From an uncultured Clostridia bacterium (GTDB taxonomy: Bacteria > Bacillota > Clostridia > Oscillospirales > Acutalibacteraceae): a stretch of 64,000 nucleotides of DNA. The position numbers and the translations under genes were made by a program. The notes below the pieces were generated by a model. The model was not told the origin of the DNA. It made no database searches and saw only the letters and a list, made by a program, of their open reading frames with translations. This document shows positions 29,983 through 37,795 of the stretch, in pieces. The stretch's first letter is position 1. Every line of letters begins with the position of its first letter. The stretch lies in contig CANQDR010000009.1 in assembly GCA_947593615.1 (NCBI GenBank), positions 2,018-66,017 on the forward strand, written 5' to 3'.

Positions 29983-32520
29983 TTAGCTGATGCCAAAACT
30001 ACTGTTCACCTGACAAGTAAAATCAAAGCCCTTTTTGTTATATTCGCCGTCGCGGCTGTAGTCTCCGTAGAAGAATACTTCAGCTTCATCAATACGTCTG
30101 TACAGCAGTCCCCAATAGCATGAACCTGCGGCATGATGATATTGCAGGAAATTATTTAAAAAGCTCTGCTTGCTGACATTATTCAAATCTCTTGAACTGC
30201 TTGAAACAGAAGCATACGAGCTGTAAATATATCCCGTAGTTCCGTTCGAAAGTTTTATTTTATACCAGTTTGAATTGTATATTTTGCCGTCGACAAATGT
30301 AAACTTCGTATTTTTAGCCATACACGTCAGAACAGAGTATCCTGTTCCCGCACCGCTTCTGAGGTTTACGTCACTTGCGTTTACATAACCGCTTGCACCT
30401 GCTTTTACAGAGCTGCTTCCTGAACCGGTATTCAACAATACAGACTGTAAATCAGAATCATTGTAAATTGCACTTGCTCCGACATTGTATGTAAAGCAGA
30501 CAAGAGCGTCAAACTGCCGCTGATTGAATTTTATTCCGTTGTCAATTAAAAATGAATTGATCCTGGATGTGTAACCTCCCTTGTTTACGGTCTGACAAAG
30601 ATAAGCATAAGCTTCATTTTTGGTAAGATTGTTGTAGAACTGCTCATTCGTAGTTACAACCTTTCCATATCCGAGGGTGGGGTCAGAAGTGATACTGTCG
30701 GCTGTGACGCTTGATAAAAATCCCTCATAATTTGCAATAAGATTTATTACTTCGTCACTTGCCCTTCTTTCACTGCAAACTGTCGTAGTTTTATCTGTTG
30801 ATGAAGTAACGAATACTTCGCCTTCACCGTTACCCGGTGTTGTAAGGAACTGGTTGGAAGTTTTAAATTTAGAATATGCCTTAACCGTCCACTTTCCTGA
30901 CTTTGAAAGCTTTTGTGATCCGGACCAAATGTAATTGTTGCCATCTTTCACCTTGCTTGATGCATTAACCGTATATGATGTTGAACCGTTTGAAACAACG
31001 AAACGTACGGCTACTCTGTCGGTGTCGGTAATCGCTTTAAAAGTAACATTGGAATTTAACGGAGCAGAGTTTGGTGAAGCATAGGCGAATCTTATATTAT
31101 CCCTGCCGACTACAGAAATCAGGCACGTTGCCGCACCGCTTGAAGTATAGGCAGATATTGTAACATTACCGGTATTCTTTGCTTCAACAATACCGTTATT
31201 TACTGTAGCAACATGAGTATTTGATGATTTCCACTTTACTCCGCTTGTGTTCGACCTCAGAAGAACAGATTTTCCCCTTCTGAAATTCGTAATACTCGTA
31301 CTTGAAATATGTACATTGGTACCTGATTTAACCGTAATCGTACAAGAGGCTGATAATGAACCTGAATATGCTTTGATTGTAGCTGTACCGCTTTTATTTG
31401 CGCTTACTACACCGCTTGAATTTACTGTTGCAACCGAAGTGTTGGAACTGCTCCATTTTATTGAGCTTGCCCCGGACGCTGTAAGAGCATATTTATTGCC
31501 TACATAAATTGTTTCGCTTGTATCTGAAATTTTTATGCTACCCTTATTGTTATTATTATTGTTGTTATTGTTGTTATTGTTATTATTGTTGTTATTCGGT
31601 TTTGTAGTTGCAGCAGAGTCTATAGTTGCATATTGCTTAAAAATGTAGCCTGTTTTGCCGTCAGAAAGTTTAATGTTATACCAGCTTGAATTATATAATT
31701 TTTCGCTGATTAAGGTAAACTTTGTATTCTTTCTCATACAGGTTACAACAGAATAATTTGTGCCTGCGCCCTTACGAAGATTTACGTAATCATCGTTTAC
31801 ATAACCGGTTGACGTTGTAGTTGTATTATTACCGGAATTAGTATTTGTTGATGTTATTTTTGCATAATCTTTATGTATATATCCTGTCGTTGAAGAAGAA
31901 TCGAGCTTAACTTTATACCAGTTTGTATTATAAAGCTTGGTGTCAAGAAATGTCAGCTTTGTATTCTTACGCAGATTAGCAACCACAGCGTAGCTTGTAC
32001 CTGCGCCTTTGCGCAGATTTACATAATCACCGCTTACATAACCAGACGCAGTGCCGGTCGTGTTTGATGTTGTTGTGTTTGTTGACGAAAGCTTAGCATA
32101 ATCCTTATGAACATAGCCTGTAACTGATGATGAAGTAAGCTTTATTTTATACCAGTTTGAATTATACAGCTTACCGTCAACATATGTGAATTTTGTATTA
32201 ACTCTCATACAAGTTAAAACAGCATAGCTTGTGCCTGCGCCTTTACGCAGATTTACATAGTCTCCGCTGATATATCCGCTTGCACCTGATGAAGGTGCGG
32301 CACTCGCTGATTGCATCAATGCTGTACCTGCCGTTGCGACAAAATCGCTTTTCATGGAATTTGCGCTTGAAGCGTCTTGTTCCTGTTTTTCATTGTCAGT
32401 ACTGGCGGAGATTTGAACTGCATTTGTATTTAAAGCGGGAATTGCCGTCAATAACAAAGAAGCTGTTAAAGCAATCGATATAACGGTACAAATTGCTCTG
32501 ACAAAAGTCATCTTTTTCAT
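29983..32520 (-). CDS. Secreted multidomain cell-wall hydrolase: signal peptide, 3 SH3b repeats, an Asn17 linker, 2 Big_2 domains, an Ig-like domain, and a GH24-type lysozyme interrupted by a fourth SH3b
   Basis: I place the start at the ATG at 32520, which has AAGGTG 7 nt upstream. The SH3b repeats read GY(I/V)SGDYVNLRKGAGTSYAV...NWYKIKL. Big_2 reads SSNTSVATVNSSGVV...GTATIKA. The lysozyme signature is LIANYEGF...TLGYG...QFDALVCFTYNVG...GLLYRRIDEAEVFF. Confidence 0.85.
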   Translation of the reverse strand: MKKMTFVRAICTVISIALTASLLLTAIPALNTNAVQISASTDNEKQEQDASSANSMKSDFVATAGTALMQSASAAPSSGASGYISGDYVNLRKGAGTSYAVLTCMRVNTKFTYVDGKLYNSNWYKIKLTSSSVTGYVHKDYAKLSSTNTTTSNTTGTASGYVSGDYVNLRKGAGTSYAVVANLRKNTKLTFLDTKLYNTNWYKVKLDSSSTTGYIHKDYAKITSTNTNSGNNTTTTSTGYVNDDYVNLRKGAGTNYSVVTCMRKNTKFTLISEKLYNSSWYNIKLSDGKTGYIFKQYATIDSAATTKPNNNNNNNNNNNNNNNNNKGSIKISDTSETIYVGNKYALTASGASSIKWSSSNTSVATVNSSGVVSANKSGTATIKAYSGSLSASCTITVKSGTNVHISSTSITNFRRGKSVLLRSNTSGVKWKSSNTHVATVNNGIVEAKNTGNVTISAYTSSGAATCLISVVGRDNIRFAYASPNSAPLNSNVTFKAITDTDRVAVRFVVSNGSTSYTVNASSKVKDGNNYIWSGSQKLSKSGKWTVKAYSKFKTSNQFLTTPGNGEGEVFVTSSTDKTTTVCSERRASDEVINLIANYEGFLSSVTADSITSDPTLGYGKVVTTNEQFYNNLTKNEAYAYLCQTVNKGGYTSRINSFLIDNGIKFNQRQFDALVCFTYNVGASAIYNDSDLQSVLLNTGSGSSSVKAGASGYVNASDVNLRSGAGTGYSVLTCMAKNTKFTFVDGKIYNSNWYKIKLSNGTTGYIYSSYASVSSSSRDLNNVSKQSFLNNFLQYHHAAGSCYWGLLYRRIDEAEVFFYGDYSRDGEYNKKGFDFTCQVNSSFGIS
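31546..31596 (-). repeat. 51-nt AAT/AAC codon tract encoding Asn17
   Basis: 17 consecutive ATT/GTT triplets on the plus strand, which read as Asn codons on the minus strand. Confidence 0.95.
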
Positions 32521-32658
32521 CTTAAAACACCTTAATCCTTTCTTCAAAACTTCTTACATTTTACATTTCCTTCTATTTCAAAACAAATAAATTTTACATA
32601 CAAGTCTGTATTTAAAATAATTATACCATAAAACGGGAAATTTCGCAACAGCATCAAA

Positions 32659-33207
32659 CTATCTTTTACCAAAAATCTTACCGCGCAGACGACAGACATA
32701 TTGAGTTATGAATACCGTAACTGCAAAATCATAAAGAATAAAAAATAAATTTCCAATTGCCAAAAAAAGTAACGGAATATACATACCGAAAATTGTATAT
32801 TCCTCAGGCTTGATTGACAGCAAAAACATTCCTGCATAAAACGATAGTACTGCCGCTGCATTGAAAACAGCAAGCTTCAGAATATACTGAACAACCTTAT
32901 TTTTGATTTTCCTCTCAATTAACCCTTTTATTATGGGATAGTACCCAAAAAGCATTATAAAATAAAGAACAGCCTCTTTGTCGCCCGCAAGAAATGCCGA
33001 AAGAACAGATACTGAAATAAAAACTCCTATTGCCCACTTACTGCCGTACTCTATTACTATAGCCGAAATAAAAATTCCTGCAAAACACGGAAAAGCATAT
33101 GTTCCTATAGGCACAATTGATGTAACCATCATCAAAGCAAGGCCAAGAGCGGCAATAATACCGCAAAGTGCAATTCTGAAAGTGGGACTTTTAATACCGT
33201 TTTTCAT
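32659..33207 (-). CDS. Polytopic membrane protein (ECF-S-component-like shape, function unknown)
   Basis: 182 aa counted from MKNGIKSPTFR, with 5-6 TM segments. Its ATG lies 2 nt after the stop of the J-protein gene (TGAttATG). The earlier start in the track would overlap the J-protein gene by 76 nt. Confidence 0.6.
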   Translation of the reverse strand: MKNGIKSPTFRIALCGIIAALGLALMMVTSIVPIGTYAFPCFAGIFISAIVIEYGSKWAIGVFISVSVLSAFLAGDKEAVLYFIMLFGYYPIIKGLIERKIKNKVVQYILKLAVFNAAAVLSFYAGMFLLSIKPEEYTIFGMYIPLLFLAIGNLFFILYDFAVTVFITQYVCRLRGKIFGKR

Positions 33208-33209
33208 AA

Positions 33210-33818
33210 TCAGCAGCCCATTCTGCAGCAATCGCAAAAACAATCGGCACACATCATCGCCGTACATACGTCGCAGCATGTACACGTGGACTGATTGCCG
33301 ACATTTGTCTGATTGTAGCCGCCGTAATTGTAAGCGCGCTGATTTTGCATATTATTAAGAGCCGCGCGATATTCCTGATTGTTTGGGTCCATATTGCAGG
33401 CAGTTGTAAAATTATTAAAAGCCTGTTCGCTCCAGCCGCGTCTGTAAGCGCACATACCCTTTAAATAATACCACTCGGCAGTACGATTTCCCATTGGTGT
33501 TGAATCAAGCACTTGTTCCGCCTGGTCAATCATATTGCGCTGAATATAAATGCGCACATTGTAAAACTGTGAGCTTGAGGCGTTTGAATATGAGCTGTAT
33601 GACCCTGAAGAGCCTGTACCCTTTCCCTTCTGGCGCATCTCATTTATGGCATCATATGCTTCGTTTATTTCTTTCATCTTCTGCTCCGCAACATCTGCAA
33701 GAGGACTGTCTGTATAATTATCGGGATGATATTTCTTTGCAAGCTTTCTGTATGCCGATTTGATTTCTTCATCGGTAGCTGTTTCAGATACTCCAAGCAC
33801 CTCATAAGGATTATTCAT
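33210..33818 (-). CDS. J-domain (DnaJ-like) protein with a TPR-like middle region and a C-terminal cysteine-string tail
   Basis: 202 aa. The J domain reads NPYEVLGV...KKYHPDN and contains HPD. The tail is [25 protein letters not shown], with 10 Cys in the last 24 residues. Confidence 0.85.
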   Translation of the reverse strand: MNNPYEVLGVSETATDEEIKSAYRKLAKKYHPDNYTDSPLADVAEQKMKEINEAYDAINEMRQKGKGTGSSGSYSSYSNASSSQFYNVRIYIQRNMIDQAEQVLDSTPMGNRTAEWYYLKGMCAYRRGWSEQAFNNFTTACNMDPNNQEYRAALNNMQNQRAYNYGGYNQTNVGNQSTCTCCDVCTAMMCADCFCDCCRMGC

Positions 33819-34674
33819 TTACAACCTCCATATTTCTTTTTCCGATTACTCTGTTCTGAACTGTCGGAAATCCTTTTAACAACATATTATCAAGAATTCC
33901 TTTAAAATCTTTTATATCTATCAGGTTATATGCGTCATAAGCGCGCGCAAGCGATTGATTGAGGACCGCCGTCATATATTCACTTAAATTGCATACGTTA
34001 TTTTCTGCATTTAGAAAAGGATTGAAATTTCCGTTTTTTCTGTCTTTTTCAATATCATCGGCGGCGTCTATAAGATAAATCCATCTTCCTATATGATAAC
34101 CGAATTCATAAAATACACGTCTTTCAGTTTCATTTTCGGCTTCAAGTGCAAAAACGTTTGCAAGCATAAATGCAGTTGGATGAGCCGCTTTATCAAGCGA
34201 ACAGTTTTCATTATTCTCAGCTTTATATTGCATATCCATCATCTCTGATGTAAAGCTGTCTATTTCAGAATAATTTTTAACTGCTTTTTTGTGCCAATGA
34301 GAAAAAAAAGGCATAATTATTCGGGTTATCAGTTTCTTGAAAAAACCGCTGTCACGCAAATCATCTTTGAGCTTATAATATACCGTAATTACCGAAAATG
34401 CTGCCGCCTTGCTGAAACAATCACTTTCAGCAAGTGCATATTTGCACTTTTTTAACGGATTAAATGTACATCTGCCGTCCTTAAAGCCCTTACAGCTTCG
34501 TTTAACAGACATTAAGAGCATTGCATAAAATGTGCAGTCGTAACTAAGACTCAGACGGGAAAGAATCGAATAATCCTTTCCCATTTGCTTACATAACCCG
34601 CAGTAAACTGACTTGTAAGCGTCAAACTCACGAACTAAAAGCTCGCTTTTCTGTACCTGCAGATAACCAAACAC
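33811..34674 (-). CDS. Conserved hypothetical Cys-motif protein (possibly the family catalogued as DUF5685, unverified)
   Basis: 287 aa. Motifs seen: MFGYLQ...[23 protein letters not shown], and an Asp-rich [11 protein letters not shown]. Its last 8 nt overlap the J-protein start, and the J-protein GGAGG SD lies inside its 3' end. Confidence 0.65.
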   Translation of the reverse strand: MFGYLQVQKSELLVREFDAYKSVYCGLCKQMGKDYSILSRLSLSYDCTFYAMLLMSVKRSCKGFKDGRCTFNPLKKCKYALAESDCFSKAAAFSVITVYYKLKDDLRDSGFFKKLITRIIMPFFSHWHKKAVKNYSEIDSFTSEMMDMQYKAENNENCSLDKAAHPTAFMLANVFALEAENETERRVFYEFGYHIGRWIYLIDAADDIEKDRKNGNFNPFLNAENNVCNLSEYMTAVLNQSLARAYDAYNLIDIKDFKGILDNMLLKGFPTVQNRVIGKRNMEVVNE

Positions 34675-34776
34675 ACATTTTCTCCCTTATTATAAATAAA
34701 TTCTCATTATATACTGTACCATAAATTACATTAAAATGCAATAAAAGTAACAATAAAGCTTAAATTTCTGAAATTC

Positions 34777-34805
34777 TTGAAAATCATCTAAATTACTATT
34801 ATAAT
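34777..34805 (+). promoter_or_regulatory. SigA-type promoter for the HAD hydrolase gene
   Basis: TTGAAA, a 17-nt spacer, then TATAAT. Confidence 0.55.
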
Positions 34806-34873
34806 ATGACATACAGTTGATGATAATATTGTAAAATTATATTAAAGAAATGTGAGAAAGATTTGAAAGTTAT

Positions 34874-35437
34874 ATGAACGTTTACGATTTTGACAAAACT
34901 ATATATGACGGTGATTCAACCGCGGATTTCTACTTTTTTTCTTTAAAAAGGCATAAAAGAATTCTTTTATTGTTGCCCTTTCTCTCTTGTGCATTTATTA
35001 AATTTTATGTTTTTAAACGTGGAACAAAAACTCAATTTAAGGAAACTATGTACAAGTTTCTGCGTTATTGCGACATTGACAGAGATGTTGAGGATTTTTG
35101 GAATAAAAATCAAAACAAAATTAAAAAATATTATATTAATCAAAAACTTAACGATGATGTGATTATTTCTGCGTCACCTGAATTTTTACTCGCACCAGTT
35201 TGCCGCAGGCTCAAAATAAAATATCTGATTGCTTCAAATGTTGACAAAAAAAGCGGAAAATACAGCGGAATCAACTGTCACGGAGAAGAAAAGGTCAGAA
35301 GATTTTACGAAAAATTTGAAAATGGTGTAATTGATGAGTTTTATTCCGACAGCCGAAGCGATACACCGCTTGCAGAAATTTCAAAAAAGGCTTTTATTGT
35401 AAATAAAAATAAAATTTCAGAGTGGAGATTTTACTAA
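34874..35437 (+). CDS. HAD-IB family hydrolase (phosphoserine phosphatase-like)
   Basis: 187 aa. HAD motif I is present as VYDFDKTIYDGDS, with SASPE and YSDSRSDTPL downstream. Confidence 0.8.
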   Translation: MNVYDFDKTIYDGDSTADFYFFSLKRHKRILLLLPFLSCAFIKFYVFKRGTKTQFKETMYKFLRYCDIDRDVEDFWNKNQNKIKKYYINQKLNDDVIISASPEFLLAPVCRRLKIKYLIASNVDKKSGKYSGINCHGEEKVRRFYEKFENGVIDEFYSDSRSDTPLAEISKKAFIVNKNKISEWRFY

Positions 35438-35560
35438 AGAATATCAAGGCACGTATAGCTTATATTTTGTTATTTTAAAATCATATTAGAGGATTTTTAA
35501 AACATAGCTTTTGGATACTGTGTTTTATTAAAAGATTTTATAGCTACATATTTTAATACA

Positions 35561-35590
35561 AACTAAGGGGCTGAATTTTCAGCCCCCGTT
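35561..35590. terminator. Bidirectional intrinsic terminator
   Basis: GGGGCTGA-ATTT-TCAGCCCC forms the stem and T tracts flank it on both strands. It lies between convergent genes. Confidence 0.75.
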
Positions 35591-35592
35591 TT

Positions 35593-36453
35593 CTACTCAT
35601 TACAACCACATTCAAAATTTCTGCCGTCGCCGCCTCTTTCATTATCTACTACATTTGGCGGGAAGAAGGAATCGGTTGGAAATTCAATTTTACTGAATAC
35701 TTCGCATGGGTCGTCAGTTCTTGCGGCACATTCCTTGCGTGGAACGCAGAAATCGTATGACGGAATTACAAGCTGTACATTGCGCTGGAGCTGAGTAATG
35801 GTGAATATTCCCAATGTGGCAAGCAGTCTGTTTTCAGCAGGCTGAACAAACTCACCGCCGAAATACTCTGTAACGCATTCGGGAATTACATTGCAGGGTA
35901 AATTGCGTTCATTATTACGGTAATTTCTCAGTTTTGCAGATAACGCCATAGGGCTTGAAATCTGCACGGTTGCTCTTGGCAGAGAATTTGTGTCTGCACA
36001 ACTGCATTCAGGGTCGATCGTATCACATACAACCGGGGAATCACTTGAGAACGACTTAACATTTCCGTCGCTTCCGTATAAAACAACTCTTTTTCCGTAC
36101 ATTGCAAGACCTGTAACTGTCGACGGAATTGCTCCCGTGCTTGAATAAAGCTCACAGCTTACTGCAAAGTAGAATACCATGTCTACCGAATAAAAACCTC
36201 TGTGAAATGCTACAGGTTCTACCTGTACTGTGGATGTAATGACATTTGCACTGTTTATGCGTACCGAACAGGCATTATCAACCAATGTCTGATTACTCTG
36301 TGTAAACATAACAGGCAAATCGTTCAGACAATCTTTCGCTCCGCAGCTGTCATAAATGCGCGCCGCATCTATGCTGACTGCTTCACTGCCCGAATTGGAC
36401 GTTCTTTCGTTTTGGAAAGACATCTGCTCTGAACCAAAAGGTGCATCTGGCAT
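35593..36453 (-). CDS. Hypothetical Cys-rich protein (14 Cys), no signal peptide or TM
   Basis: 286-aa ORF with GGAGG 8 nt upstream of the ATG. Cys pairs include DSCGAKDC, PECSC and FECGC. I recognise no family. Confidence 0.65.
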   Translation of the reverse strand: MPDAPFGSEQMSFQNERTSNSGSEAVSIDAARIYDSCGAKDCLNDLPVMFTQSNQTLVDNACSVRINSANVITSTVQVEPVAFHRGFYSVDMVFYFAVSCELYSSTGAIPSTVTGLAMYGKRVVLYGSDGNVKSFSSDSPVVCDTIDPECSCADTNSLPRATVQISSPMALSAKLRNYRNNERNLPCNVIPECVTEYFGGEFVQPAENRLLATLGIFTITQLQRNVQLVIPSYDFCVPRKECAARTDDPCEVFSKIEFPTDSFFPPNVVDNERGGDGRNFECGCNE

Positions 36454-36459
36454 AAAAAT

Positions 36460-36524
36460 AACCTCCGTAAAAGTATTAACAGGCTGTAGTTAGCGGCACT
36501 GTAACAATACATTTTATGGAGGTT
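36460..36524 (-). promoter_or_regulatory. Leader stem-loop sequestering the Shine-Dalgarno of the Cys-rich ORF
   Basis: In the mRNA sense, AACCUCCAUAAAA-U-GUAUU pairs with AAUACUUUUACGGAGGUU. That gives 12 bp with one A/C mismatch, a one-nt bulge, then 5 more bp. A 28-nt apical region lies between the arms. The 3' arm contains the GGAGG SD. Confidence 0.5.
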
Positions 36525-36583
36525 TTAATTTTTTGTGATTAATACTAATCTTATTATGCAGAATATAAATTCGTGAATGTTAA

Positions 36584-37792
36584 TTATCCGTAAAATTTGC
36601 TGATTGAATTTTTAAAGCTTCTGTAAATTACTACGGGTTCTGAGTATGCGTAATTTGACAAAGAAAGAAAAATTTCCGATTTATCCTTTGTAAATGAAAG
36701 CATGGAGTTATAGTTTTCAGCCTTGCCTGTACTTGAAAGCCTGTTGCCATAAACGAAAAATCCGTAACCGAAGTTTTCCTTATATGCGGTAAACATTTCG
36801 TCAAGTGACTCCGTGCTCACAACATCTCCGCCGGCGAGTCCGTCAACCCATTTCAATAAATCTGAAATATTTGAAATAAATCCCGATGATGAATAGCCTA
36901 CGCCCGGATAAAGCATGCTTTCGTTGTCATCTCTTCCCTGATAGCTCACGGCAAGCTTTTCGGTATTTTCAAATCCCGAAGATGTCATTGAAAGCGGCTT
37001 TAAAATATTATCGGAAATAAATTTTTCATATGAAACTCCGCTTGCCTGCTCAATAATATCGCCGAGAATATAGTAATTGCTGTCTGAATAACGATATTCG
37101 CTGTCAGGCTCAAACAGTAAATCCTGATTTAAAATCCAGTCCATAATTACTTTTTTATTTTCGCTTTCAGAATTATCTTTTGAGATCTTTTTATCAACTT
37201 CAGGCTGAACATACACAAAATTATCGATATGGCTTTCTCTTAGAATATAATTCTTTATGCCCGAAGTCATCGTAAGCAGATTTTTGACCGTTATTTTATC
37301 GGCATACTCATATGACGGATAGTATTTGCTTATATTATCATCAAGAGAGAGCTTACCCTGCTCATAAAGCAGCATTACAGCAGCTGATGTAAGCTGCTTT
37401 GTCACAGATCCTGTATAATAGCAGGTATTTATAGAGTTGTTAATATGCTTTTCATTGTTTGCAGCTCCGCTTACATTGATATACTCGAAATCATTGCCTA
37501 TTTTCAGGTAGGTAGCACCTTTATATTTTTTGACTGAGATTATTTTGTCAAAATCGTTTGTGATTTCATCTGATTTTTGTTTAATCAAAACGTAATTGTA
37601 CGTTGCGGGCTGAGAAGCTGCCGTATCGTCTGTTGCAGACATAGTCGTTTCAGGAGCAGCTGTTGTTTTTTCTGTTTCAGCAGTAGTCGCCTGTGAACTT
37701 TCCTCAGTACCGCACGAACAGCATAATATAATTGTTGCCGCAGATAAAACAATACAAAGCAGACTTTTAACGGATCGCGTCAAAAAAATCAC
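36584..37792 (-). CDS. Secreted or lipid-anchored serine hydrolase, beta-lactamase/PBP (class C-like) family
   Basis: 402 aa. It has a signal peptide ending ILCCSCG, a Thr/Ala-rich linker, and the SxxK motif as GSVTKQLT. Confidence 0.8.
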   Translation of the reverse strand: MIFLTRSVKSLLCIVLSAATIILCCSCGTEESSQATTAETEKTTAAPETTMSATDDTAASQPATYNYVLIKQKSDEITNDFDKIISVKKYKGATYLKIGNDFEYINVSGAANNEKHINNSINTCYYTGSVTKQLTSAAVMLLYEQGKLSLDDNISKYYPSYEYADKITVKNLLTMTSGIKNYILRESHIDNFVYVQPEVDKKISKDNSESENKKVIMDWILNQDLLFEPDSEYRYSDSNYYILGDIIEQASGVSYEKFISDNILKPLSMTSSGFENTEKLAVSYQGRDDNESMLYPGVGYSSSGFISNISDLLKWVDGLAGGDVVSTESLDEMFTAYKENFGYGFFVYGNRLSSTGKAENYNSMLSFTKDKSEIFLSLSNYAYSEPVVIYRSFKNSISKFYG

Positions 37793-37795
37793 CCT

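Noticed and set aside
31546-31596. Asn17 tract as a phase-variation (contingency) repeat
   Set aside because: The tract is an irregular mix of AAT and AAC codons rather than a pure trinucleotide repeat. Changes in triplet units would stay in frame, so length polymorphism is plausible but on/off switching is not.
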